64,000 bases of DNA, taken from IMG/VR virus record IMGVR_UViG_3300017963_000192, positions 1 to 64,000 of that record. The stretch is one strand, 5' to 3'. Shown here one piece after another: positions 9,624 to 17,955 of the stretch. The position numbers and the translations under genes were made by a program. Position 1 is the first letter of the stretch. Every line of letters begins with the position of its first letter. Below the pieces are notes generated by a model, which made no database searches, had not been told where the DNA came from, and worked only from the letters and a program-made list of their open reading frames with translations.

Positions 9624-10073
9624 CTATTTTCTCCAATAAGCATAATGTTTCCTAATACAAAGATAGTCCATATTTTCTTCATTTTGTTTAGCTTCAACTT
9701 CGAAAATTATTTCTCTATAAGAAATCCAGAAAATATCTTTGAAAAATTGTAGCCAAGTTTTTTCTTTAGATTTACTTGGTATCATTTTAAATAAATTTAT
9801 AACATATCTTATTAAAAAATGACCTACATAAAGAATGTACCATAAAATAATGCCCCATTCTCGTGCTTGTGCAAAATGAATACATTCGTGATTTTCTATA
9901 ATGTTTCCATAATCAGTATTTAAATATTCTTGTTTTATTAGAAACAAGAATCCTAAATGAGATTGAGCACTTACACCACAGGCAGTTAAATACTTATCAG
10001 TTATGTCTCCAGATATTGTAATAAATTTCATCACAGCACCTCCTTGCTTAAAATTTCTACTGCTATTTGACAT
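9624..10073 (-). CDS. hypothetical protein with metallopeptidase-like HExxH
   Basis: IENHECIHFAQARE; hydrophobic segment. Confidence 0.55.
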   Translation of the reverse strand: MSNSSRNFKQGGAVMKFITISGDITDKYLTACGVSAQSHLGFLFLIKQEYLNTDYGNIIENHECIHFAQAREWGIILWYILYVGHFLIRYVINLFKMIPSKSKEKTWLQFFKDIFWISYREIIFEVEAKQNEENMDYLCIRKHYAYWRK

Positions 10074-10147
10074 ACTAATAGAAAAGTTAGTACATCAAAA
10101 AGATTTGCATTGTGTTCTGCAAATCATAACTAAATTTAAAACATGTT

Positions 10148-10342
10148 TTATCTTTGTTTTTCTTCGTATTCTCTTTGTTGTTCTTCTTCCATTCTTTCTC
10201 TTTCTTGTCGTTCATACTCTTGTTCCATCCATCTTCTATAATATCCATCTTTTCCGTGATCGATATCTCCATAACACATAGAACAAGTAGTAGAACCCTG
10301 ATCATCTGGTATCCAGGAACCACACATTACACAAGTAGCCAT
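10148..10342 (-). CDS. small Cys-rich hypothetical protein
   Basis: CVMCG..CSMC, SD GGGG upstream. Confidence 0.55.
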   Translation of the reverse strand: MATCVMCGSWIPDDQGSTTCSMCYGDIDHGKDGYYRRWMEQEYERQERERMEEEQQREYEEKQR

Positions 10343-10359
10343 TATTAAACCCCCTTAAA

Positions 10360-10884
10360 TTAAAAATAATCATCCTGTTTAAAATACCCATCAGGAAGAG
10401 CTTCTCTAAAATCATCTTTCCAAACTAAATTAAATTCTTTATTATACTTATCATAAAAATCGTGAGCTGACTTTGATCTACCTTTTCTATATAATGTTTT
10501 CCAATTGTTTGGTTCGCAAACATTAACGAGATAATGCATATTTGGTAAAGCTGGTAATTGTTCAGAATGATAAATCTTGAAAATATTAGCCAATGCATCT
10601 ATGTCAAAAGATGATTTAAATTCTATATCTATCCATAAATGTACATCTGGGTATTGCATACATTCTTCATAAATTGGTTGAAGATAAAGTTCTTGAAAGT
10701 CTCCACATTTTTTCTGCCATATTGAATGAGCAAGATAAAATTTATCGCAAGTATATATTAAATCAGCTTCAAAACAATTACAATCATGTTGAGTATAAGC
10801 ATCTACAAATGGTCTTAAACACCAATAATCATTATGTGAATTTTTAATAGGTATATCCAAAGGCATATTCTTTGTTAAAGACAT
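10360..10884 (-). CDS. PLC-like phosphodiesterase (AIM6-like), short
   Basis: SHNDY..RP, EADL, LAH, LYLQP motifs. Confidence 0.6.
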   Translation of the reverse strand: MSLTKNMPLDIPIKNSHNDYWCLRPFVDAYTQHDCNCFEADLIYTCDKFYLAHSIWQKKCGDFQELYLQPIYEECMQYPDVHLWIDIEFKSSFDIDALANIFKIYHSEQLPALPNMHYLVNVCEPNNWKTLYRKGRSKSAHDFYDKYNKEFNLVWKDDFREALPDGYFKQDDYF

Positions 10885-10899
10885 ATTTTATAACCCCCT

Positions 10900-11223
10900 T
10901 TATATTATGTCGTCTTCAGTCTCATAGATTTTAAAGTATCTATCCAATGTAGCAAGTTTTAAAATATTTAAAACATCATTTTGAATATTTACTAATGCGA
11001 ATTCCCCACCATGAGCTTTCATTTTTTTATTACCAGCAACTAACGCTCCTATTCCAGAAGAATCCATATAAGTTACTTTGCTTAAATCAACAAGCACATA
11101 TTTATGAGTTCCATCAGTAACAGTAAACATACTTTTCTTCAACTCACTTACATTGTATAAGTCAACTTCTCCTATAGGCTCTATGACTTTCCAGTCCATA
11201 TAATCCCTAAATGTTATTCTCAT
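10900..11223 (-). CDS. anti-sigma factor antagonist (STAS, RsbV/SpoIIAA-like)
   Basis: GEVDLYN, VDLSKVTYMDSSGIGALV with the phospho-acceptor Ser. Confidence 0.92.
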   Translation of the reverse strand: MRITFRDYMDWKVIEPIGEVDLYNVSELKKSMFTVTDGTHKYVLVDLSKVTYMDSSGIGALVAGNKKMKAHGGEFALVNIQNDVLNILKLATLDRYFKIYETEDDII

Positions 11224-11557
11224 AACATCCCCCTAATATATTTAACGCTTTCATATCATATTATTTAGCCAACTCTTTTTTTCTCCATTAATTCAACATC
11301 CCAAGCATTATTAGATATTGATTTTTCATCAACAATACAATCATGGTAAGTACAATTAAAACAATCCTCACAACAAACTTTTAAGTGTTGCCAAAGACAA
11401 TGTTTATCGTTACATACTAGGGTAGAATAACTATTTTTTTTAGTGAGCTTTCTACCACAAAATTTACAATTCATTTTTCCTTCTTCGAGACATTTTCTAA
11501 ACGTTTAACTCTCTTGTTTTAATTGTTCAAAGAGTCTTTTATCGCAGTTAATATCAT

Positions 11558-11965
11558 TTAGCACTCCTTTTTACCGTAATTAACCTTATAAAATAATGCC
11601 ATTTTTATAGCAGTATTTAAGGATTCTACAGAAAAAGGTTTAGATAAAAATCCACAAGGTTTTAGATTTTTAAATCTATCTACGGTTAATTTTTCTGGGA
11701 ATGCTGTTACAAAAATTATTGAAGTATCAATAATTTTTTGTATTTCTATTGCTGTTTCTACACCATCACGATTTCCTATAATTGAAATGTCCATAAGAAC
11801 AATGTTTGGTTCGTGTTTGATTGCTAAATCAATTGCATCTTCACAATTACTAGCAATTCCCACAACATTATAATTAAAACTGTCTAAAATAGCTTGTATA
11901 TTTAAAGCTATAATATTTTCATCTTCTACTACTAATATTTTTTTATGATTGTTTTCTCCATCCAT
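11558..11965 (-). CDS. stand-alone response-regulator receiver (CheY-like)
   Basis: ILVVEDE, LMDI (phospho-Asp), FVTA, SKPF. Confidence 0.92.
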   Translation of the reverse strand: MDGENNHKKILVVEDENIIALNIQAILDSFNYNVVGIASNCEDAIDLAIKHEPNIVLMDISIIGNRDGVETAIEIQKIIDTSIIFVTAFPEKLTVDRFKNLKPCGFLSKPFSVESLNTAIKMALFYKVNYGKKEC

Positions 11966-12309
11966 CTTGGTACCTCCTGTGTTTTATTTCACTCTCACTA
12001 TACCCTATTTGATATATATTGGTTAGAAAATGTCGAATATATTTAACTTGTTCAATTTCATTTTCTGAATTTTTTATCTTGTTTAATAATTCTTCAGATT
12101 TTTTATCAAAATTAATTGCCATATGACGGTTTTATCTCCTATTAACTATATACTTCCTATGAATTTGGAGAATCTTGTTCTTTTGATTCTCCGTAAGTTC
12201 ATAGTCTTGAGTATACACACTATTCATAAAATCAGATTCCCATTCATTAAGTTCGTCCGACTTCAAATTTATAATCCTTTCTATTATCGCATCAAAATCA
12301 TATCTCATA

Positions 12310-12534
12310 TTAACCTTTTTTACATTTATATCTTTCTACAGGACTAATAACAGCTTCTGCCCATTCTACTGTTTCTAAAAGAAAAAACCTCTCACCTGGT
12401 TTTTTCTTCGCAAGCTCCAACATGTCAGTAATAGCTTCATTCCTATCAGCATAAACTTTAGATGGGTTGTGGTCGCTACTGGTATTTCCTTTTTTTATCA
12501 TCCAAAATTTCATCTCAATAACCCTATCAAGCAT
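12310..12534 (-). CDS. hypothetical phage protein
   Basis: 74-aa minus-strand ORF. Confidence 0.5.
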   Translation of the reverse strand: MLDRVIEMKFWMIKKGNTSSDHNPSKVYADRNEAITDMLELAKKKPGERFFLLETVEWAEAVISPVERYKCKKG

Positions 12535-12651
12535 CTAATAAATATTACTATGCCATAGACTATTCCTACTGAACCAATAAGAACCAGTAGGAAAAATCCA
12601 GCAGATTCTACCCATTCAAAATTAAGTAGAGATTTTTTTCTATAAGCCATT

Positions 12652-13758
12652 CTATGATAGTTTATCCTTTATCTTTTTTGTCAAATCATTCATTCTTTTT
12701 TTAACTGTTTCTTGAGTTTTCTTTGCTTTTGGATATAAACCATCAACATAATCCTTTGCCAATTTCTTAACTTTTTTACTACCCTCTAATACTTTTGGTA
12801 ATTTAGGAAGATAAGATTTGTCCTCTTCTTTCATTAAATCTTTATAATTATTTACATTAGTTTTTTTCAAACGAGTATGCCTTCCTCTAACTTCTGAAAC
12901 TAATTTCTGAAGAAGTTCTTCATCCATCTCTTCAAGAGTATCCAATTCATACTCCGCATCGTCTTTTTTAATAGTATCAACAAACTTATCTAAAGTTAAG
13001 TCACAATACTCATCTATCCAATCAACTATAAAATAAAGTTTGTCTGGCATATATTCTTGAACACCAAAACAAATAGGATCTTTTTCTTTAATCTTTTCCT
13101 TATTTGTTTTTAGTTTCTTCTCTTTTTTCTTTGTGCCGTCAACATCTGTCTTTTCTTTATAGTTGAGATACAATACCCAGATTTCATCAAAAAGTTTAAG
13201 CTTTTTAAATCTATCTATTCTTTTTTTGACGTTTGTAGGTATAGGTCTATCATAATGCTCAATCTTACTAAAGCCTATTTCAACATCTTTAACCTTATCT
13301 CTATACTTGTTAACAACAGATTTATCAACGAAATATTCAACACCACAAACCCCAAGTTCTTGCTCTCTTACAATTATAGCAATCTTTCTAGACAATTCCT
13401 CGTACAATGCTGTTTGACCTAAATCTTTGGCTTGTACAACTAACTTTTGAAGTTTAAGCAGTCTTTCATTAAGAAGTCTCTGCTCTAATTTTGAGAGTTT
13501 AGATTTTACGAATTTAAAGTAAAGTCTTGGGTGTATGACTTTCTTATTGTTCACCTTTTCTTCTGCCATATCGAAATGAATCTGTGTTCCGACATCCGTT
13601 ATATAATTACTATATGTTGAAGATGTCCAGGCAATGATTGCAGCAGAAGAATTCTGAATATAAAAAGTATCTCCTGTACCAGCAGAAAGACCAGTAATAC
13701 TAGAAGTCCCAGTATCATAATAAGTACCTTGAGTACTATCAGTTGTTGCCCAAGCCAT
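12652..13758 (-). CDS. conserved large-phage hypothetical protein
   Basis: KDPICFG..LYFIVDWIDEYCDLTLD motif; S/T/G-rich N-terminus. Confidence 0.7.
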   Translation of the reverse strand: MAWATTDSTQGTYYDTGTSSITGLSAGTGDTFYIQNSSAAIIAWTSSTYSNYITDVGTQIHFDMAEEKVNNKKVIHPRLYFKFVKSKLSKLEQRLLNERLLKLQKLVVQAKDLGQTALYEELSRKIAIIVREQELGVCGVEYFVDKSVVNKYRDKVKDVEIGFSKIEHYDRPIPTNVKKRIDRFKKLKLFDEIWVLYLNYKEKTDVDGTKKKEKKLKTNKEKIKEKDPICFGVQEYMPDKLYFIVDWIDEYCDLTLDKFVDTIKKDDAEYELDTLEEMDEELLQKLVSEVRGRHTRLKKTNVNNYKDLMKEEDKSYLPKLPKVLEGSKKVKKLAKDYVDGLYPKAKKTQETVKKRMNDLTKKIKDKLS

Positions 13759-14360
13759 TATTTACCTCCTGGATTCAGATTAGCCAAGAAAAATCCAGAC
13801 ATAAGAAGTCCGAAATCATCTATTTCAATAAGAGATTTAAGAAGTTCTTCAATTTCTATTTTATTGGCAATTCTTATAGAAGTAATATGGGTATTAGAGA
13901 AGTAATTACTTGATTGTTCACCCTTCATAGAAACAGTTCGACCTTTCTCATCCTTAACCAATCTAGGTTTACCTAATTCAAACTCATTACCAACAGGATC
14001 AGATAAAGGTACTAAAACTATTCCGTGTTTGTAGGTAATATTATTTATTTTGCTTTTGCTCTCTGGAAGTTTCTCGTTAATTACTTCACTAATTATTTTC
14101 CTTACGTGTGGTTCTCTACAATCAAAACCAGCATTAGCAATTAATTTATCTAATTTTATTGCTTTATCGGAATATTTACTTTTCTTTTTTATCTTTTTTA
14201 TTTTTTCTCCTTTAGGATATAATTCATATTCCGCTCCCCATTCAACGGTTCTTTTATACAAAAGCTCTGCCATGTTCTTTATTTGAGTATTTTTAGATTT
14301 CTCCTTTTTAGGAGCAGTATTTTTTTTAGACTTTACAGTCTTTTTATCTTTGGTTGCCAT
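13758..14360 (-). CDS. Lys-rich hypothetical protein
   Basis: 200 aa, overlaps the next start codon. Confidence 0.65.
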   Translation of the reverse strand: MATKDKKTVKSKKNTAPKKEKSKNTQIKNMAELLYKRTVEWGAEYELYPKGEKIKKIKKKSKYSDKAIKLDKLIANAGFDCREPHVRKIISEVINEKLPESKSKINNITYKHGIVLVPLSDPVGNEFELGKPRLVKDEKGRTVSMKGEQSSNYFSNTHITSIRIANKIEIEELLKSLIEIDDFGLLMSGFFLANLNPGGK

Positions 14361-14379
14361 TGTAATGGTCCTCCCTTTT

Positions 14380-14589
14380 TTAATCTTTGTTTTTATCTAC
14401 ATAATATTGTATAGCCTTTTGTAAAAAATCGAAAGTTGTTGTGTCATACTTTCCAGTTAATTCCTTTAAAGTTTTTCTTAAAGTTTCCTTATCTTCATTT
14501 GAAGGGCAATTAATTGATAGAATCGACCTATTTTCTTTTGTATCCATATTTTCTCCATTTAAAAGGTAAGCATCATATATGTATGACAT
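14380..14589 (-). CDS. small putative ribbon-helix-helix regulator
   Basis: SILSINCP..TLRKTLKEL..TTFDFLQKAIQYYV pattern. Confidence 0.5.
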   Translation of the reverse strand: MSYIYDAYLLNGENMDTKENRSILSINCPSNEDKETLRKTLKELTGKYDTTTFDFLQKAIQYYVDKNKD

Positions 14590-14596
14590 ATATTAC

Positions 14597-14625
14597 AATA
14601 TAATAATGCCACATAATAAAATCAA
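14597..14625 (-). promoter_or_regulatory. sigma70-type promoter directly upstream of the 14589 ATG
   Basis: TTGATT-17-TATATT, then 7 nt to ATG. Confidence 0.5.
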
Positions 14626-14659
14626 TAACTTTTTTTATTAATAATAAAAAACTCTCTTT

Positions 14660-15253
14660 TTAAGAGAGTTTTTTTATGTTATACTTATTTGTTATGATAT
14701 AGTCTGATTTTGTTTTGCTTTCTATGAAGTCACTTATAACACCTGTAGCAAATCCTGTTACAAATGTTATAAATGGTACAGCCTCACGCATTTCACATAT
14801 ATCATCTTGTTCCTCTGGTATATCGTTAGGAACAGAATAATTTTCGTGCCAAATTATTTCTGCTGTATATTGAGGAGAAAATCCTATATGAAGAATATCA
14901 GGATTCCACCCATTTGCAGATTCAAAAAGTTTTCTTGATTCACTATTATCAAAACAATCAATCATAAGATGTTCTTCTTTAATATTTTTAAGATTTGCTA
15001 CGTGCTTTTTATGGGTCATTTTCATATCTAATGGAGAATATTTAAATTTCCTAAGATTAAGACCTAGTACACCTTGCATAGCAAGAACTTTTTTAATTCC
15101 AATATGAGGAATTAGGTATGCTTGTGTCATGATATTTCTTTCTTCAACTACATCATAATCTATACCCATAAATTCAATATTTGGGTATTTCTTTGCTAAT
15201 TGAAGTAATAGATTTGATCCTATAGCACCTAATCCAAATATATCTATCTTCAT
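14660..15253 (-). CDS. ThiF/MoeB/E1-like adenylyltransferase
   Basis: GLGAIGS, IDYDVVEERN..Q, IDCFDN..SR; single Cys in DDICE. Confidence 0.85.
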   Translation of the reverse strand: MKIDIFGLGAIGSNLLLQLAKKYPNIEFMGIDYDVVEERNIMTQAYLIPHIGIKKVLAMQGVLGLNLRKFKYSPLDMKMTHKKHVANLKNIKEEHLMIDCFDNSESRKLFESANGWNPDILHIGFSPQYTAEIIWHENYSVPNDIPEEQDDICEMREAVPFITFVTGFATGVISDFIESKTKSDYIITNKYNIKKLS

Positions 15254-15660
15254 TTCATCTCTCCATATGATAAATATTTTAAAAATAAGAGTTCGTTATG
15301 TAATAAACGTCTTTTAGCATCTTCCTCAATTTCAACATAGCCTTCTTTTTGTTGTGTAAACCATATCATTTTATAATATGTATTAAACATATCAATCTCA
15401 CTTGCTAAAAATGTTATCACATAAAAATTAATATCCATACCAAAAGCTAATCTTAAACCTTTCATACAGTTCTTGTCTGTTTCACTTAAAAATAATGAAT
15501 CAGTTGGATGTACATGATAAAAATGATACAAATCAGAGCAAAGAGAAGTGTTTTTACTGTATTTCCAAATACGCTCAAAATTAAATTCTACAGATGTAGG
15601 AGTTCCTCTACTGAAATCTATTATCTTGTCATTAAATATTGTTATAGATGATTCTATCAT
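15250..15660 (-). CDS. JAB/MPN metallo-isopeptidase-like protein
   Basis: FYHVHP-x5-LSETD (HxH..S..D). Confidence 0.7.
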   Translation of the reverse strand: MIESSITIFNDKIIDFSRGTPTSVEFNFERIWKYSKNTSLCSDLYHFYHVHPTDSLFLSETDKNCMKGLRLAFGMDINFYVITFLASEIDMFNTYYKMIWFTQQKEGYVEIEEDAKRRLLHNELLFLKYLSYGEMK

Positions 15661-15663
15661 TTT

Positions 15664-16257
15664 TTACCTCGATACTTTATGAATCCTTTTCGGTATATCA
15701 TATAAAGCATCTATTAATTCCTCGTTTGCTATTCTTACTTCATCGGTAAGATTTTCAGCAACTTTGTTATAGTAGTCACTATTTATCCAAGTAATATAAT
15801 CATCATTCCCTCTTTTCTTGTTGCACTTTTTACAAGCAGCAACAAGATTTTCTTCTATTGATAGTCCACCCTCTTCCCATAATATTAAGTGGTCAACAGT
15901 TAAAGGAACATCATCATTTCCACAATATCTACATCTATACCTATCCCTTTTAAAAACTTTCCAGGAGACTCCTTGGTCTATTTGACGAGCGGATTTTCTT
16001 ACAATAATCTTTTTTAGCCCGTTTTCATCTTCTGCTAATACTTCAGTCTCCATAATATCGGTTTGACGTATGAATTTTTTCCATTCCTCTAAATTCATAT
16101 TAAGAATCTTAAATTCATTTCCAGAAGTTTTTTCAAATTCACTTGGGAAGAAACAAAAATAATCACATCCATTTCCTGACCATATTGCCCCAGAAATTTG
16201 AATAGTATTACCTACATCTAAAATATTGATATCATCTAATGTAATTGCTTCATTCAT
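15664..16257 (-). CDS. HNH nuclease with N-terminal extension
   Basis: VFKRDRYRCRYCG..LTVDHL..GG..ENLVAACKKCN. Confidence 0.9.
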   Translation of the reverse strand: MNEAITLDDINILDVGNTIQISGAIWSGNGCDYFCFFPSEFEKTSGNEFKILNMNLEEWKKFIRQTDIMETEVLAEDENGLKKIIVRKSARQIDQGVSWKVFKRDRYRCRYCGNDDVPLTVDHLILWEEGGLSIEENLVAACKKCNKKRGNDDYITWINSDYYNKVAENLTDEVRIANEELIDALYDIPKRIHKVSR

Positions 16258-16533
16258 GTTTATTAATCTCCTTTAATATATGCATTAATTGTCCTCCGTC
16301 TTTTTCTATAAGAAGTTCATCTGAAGCGAGCAACATAACTCCTTGAGTCATATCTATATTTCCATTACATCAATCTATAACTCTTTCACGCATTATTCTA
16401 ATTTTTTCAAGATGTGTATACATATCAGAACTACATTTTTCTTCAACCATTTTAAAAAAGGTTTTTTTGATAGAATCTTTATTAGTCATATTGGTTGCAG
16501 GAATAAATCCACTGTTAAGAACAAGTACGTCAG

Positions 16534-16761
16534 TCATTTCTTTTTCCTCCTGTTTAATATTTTTTTAACCAATTCCCACACATCTTTGTCTCTATCGTGG
16601 TTCTTGATTATAACTTCCTCTTTACCATCTATGATTGCTCTGTAGTTACCAAAGTCTGGACGATGTTTACAATCTTTCGTATTGATTATTTCAATCGCTG
16701 CTATTTGTTCTTTTCTATACTCACTTCCGTGAGGATGGAATTCTACTATTATTTTTAACAT
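16534..16761 (-). CDS. hypothetical phage protein
   Basis: 75 aa, SD GGGG. Confidence 0.55.
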   Translation of the reverse strand: MLKIIVEFHPHGSEYRKEQIAAIEIINTKDCKHRPDFGNYRAIIDGKEEVIIKNHDRDKDVWELVKKILNRRKKK

Positions 16762-16844
16762 AATAACCCCCTTATGTTAAAAATTAACAATATTCTTAAC
16801 ATATTTAAGTTTGTGTCTCCGACATTGATGTCGGTCAGTTAATG

Positions 16845-17515
16845 CCTGCCCGAAGGGATTCGAACCTACATCTACCAACTTAGCATCCAGCATTATGTTT
16901 CCATAACCACCTTAAAGGCTTGCTGGCTGGACCATATCTTCATCATCACAGATGGAGGGCGTATGGCCTCTACGCATCCCAATTATCGATGGTTTGCTCG
17001 GAATTGTCGTGAAATCTTTTAAAGATTCTTACGATGTTCTCCGAGACAGCCCTCTCCAGTTCTATGGTTCTTTCATTCCTTAATGCATAGCTAAAAGATG
17101 TTCCGCACGATTTAGAACAAGCCCTAAATTTTTTACCAAATCTTGTAGAAAGTTTATTAAAGGGTAATTCAAATAACTTTTTACAATTAGGACATTTTAG
17201 TAATACCATCTTTTTACCTTGTTCTTTACTGCGGAGTTTGTTATGTTCTTTACTATTCATAACTTCAAGATTTTCTATTCTATTATCAAACCTATCTCCA
17301 TTTTTGTGATGCACTATTTCATTAGAATTGAGAAGTCTTTTTAAATGATTTTCAATTATTATTCTATGTAACAAAACATATCCATACTTGCTTGCATATG
17401 GATGATTCTTTACAACAGCATAAAGATAATCACCTTTATTGATAATCTTCTCAATTTTCCACATAGAACGCTCCTTATTTGAAGGATGGTGCTCATCCAC
17501 TTGAGCTACTAGGAC
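16845..17515 (-). tRNA. trnR: tRNA-Arg(UCU) split by a group I intron (exon 1 17515-17482, exon 2 16883-16845); 3' end does not match the 5' end
   Basis: Exon 1 GTCCTAG TA GCTC AAGTGGAT GAGC A CCATC CTT; exon 2 CTAA GTTGG TAGAT GTAGG TTCGAAT CCCTT CGGGCAG G; joined loop CT-TCT-AA; A20. Confidence 0.8.
16884..17481 (-). ncRNA. group I self-splicing intron (598 nt) with HNH ORF in L2
   Basis: P1 CUU/GAG; P2 GTTCTATG/CATAGAAC; P3 GAGGGC/GCCCTC; P4 CTCGGA/TCCGAG; P7 GGCCATA/TATGGTC with J8/7 AAGA; terminal G at 16884. Confidence 0.9.
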
Positions 17516-17776
17516 ATTATTTTCTTCAAATCTTTTTAATTGCTCTAATTTGTTTGCTAAATCTCTTTCCTCCTTAATTTTACGTAATCTATCTATTTTC
17601 GATTTTTTTATTTTATTTAAATAATCTGATTTTAATTTATGATGTTCTGGTAATTTTTGTAACCACAAACTAACAGAACTTTTAGATACATTTAACTCTT
17701 TTGCTATTTTATTAATAGTAAATCCTTGTTTTCTTAAATTAATAGCTTTATTTTTTTCTATTATCTTCTTTTTCAT
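16970..17776 (-). CDS. HTH + HNH homing endonuclease fusion; intron-internal HNH start at 17464 (MWKIEK, 164 aa)
   Basis: N-terminal HTH GFTINKIAKELNVSKSSVSLW; LLHR..VHHKNGDRFDNRIENL; C-terminal CPNC..CSKSC. Confidence 0.85.
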   Translation of the reverse strand: MKKKIIEKNKAINLRKQGFTINKIAKELNVSKSSVSLWLQKLPEHHKLKSDYLNKIKKSKIDRLRKIKEERDLANKLEQLKRFEENNVLVAQVDEHHPSNKERSMWKIEKIINKGDYLYAVVKNHPYASKYGYVLLHRIIIENHLKRLLNSNEIVHHKNGDRFDNRIENLEVMNSKEHNKLRSKEQGKKMVLLKCPNCKKLFELPFNKLSTRFGKKFRACSKSCGTSFSYALRNERTIELERAVSENIVRIFKRFHDNSEQTIDNWDA

Positions 17777-17794
17777 TTATTCCTCCAATAAATG

Positions 17795-17868
17795 TGACTC
17801 CACTGAGAATCGAACTCAGTACCTCGACCTTAAAAGGGTCTTGCTGCTACCAATTGAGCTATGGAGTC
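17795..17868 (-). tRNA. trnK: tRNA-Lys(UUU) copy 1
   Basis: Acceptor GACTCCA/TGGAGTC, loop CTTTTAA, T-arm CTGAG TTCGATT CTCAG. Confidence 0.85.
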
Positions 17869-17874
17869 ATTATG

Positions 17875-17949
17875 TGCCAAGGGGCAGAATCGAACTGCCG
17901 ACACACGGATTTTCAGTCCGCTGCTCTACCGAAATTGAGCTACCTTGAC
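17875..17949 (-). tRNA. trnF: tRNA-Phe(GAA)
   Basis: GCGGA CTGAAAA TCCGT; full cloverleaf. Confidence 0.92.
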
Positions 17950-17955
17950 ATAATG

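Noticed and set aside
13758-14360. C-terminal GGK as a JAB-cleavable ubiquitin-like tail
   Set aside because: No recognisable beta-grasp fold and the gene is in a separate transcription unit; could be chance
16880-16883. Reading the 3' exon as an amber suppressor (CUA)
   Set aside because: Exon 1 ends C32-U33-U34, so the spliced anticodon is UCU; long ORFs also show no sign of stop-codon reassignment
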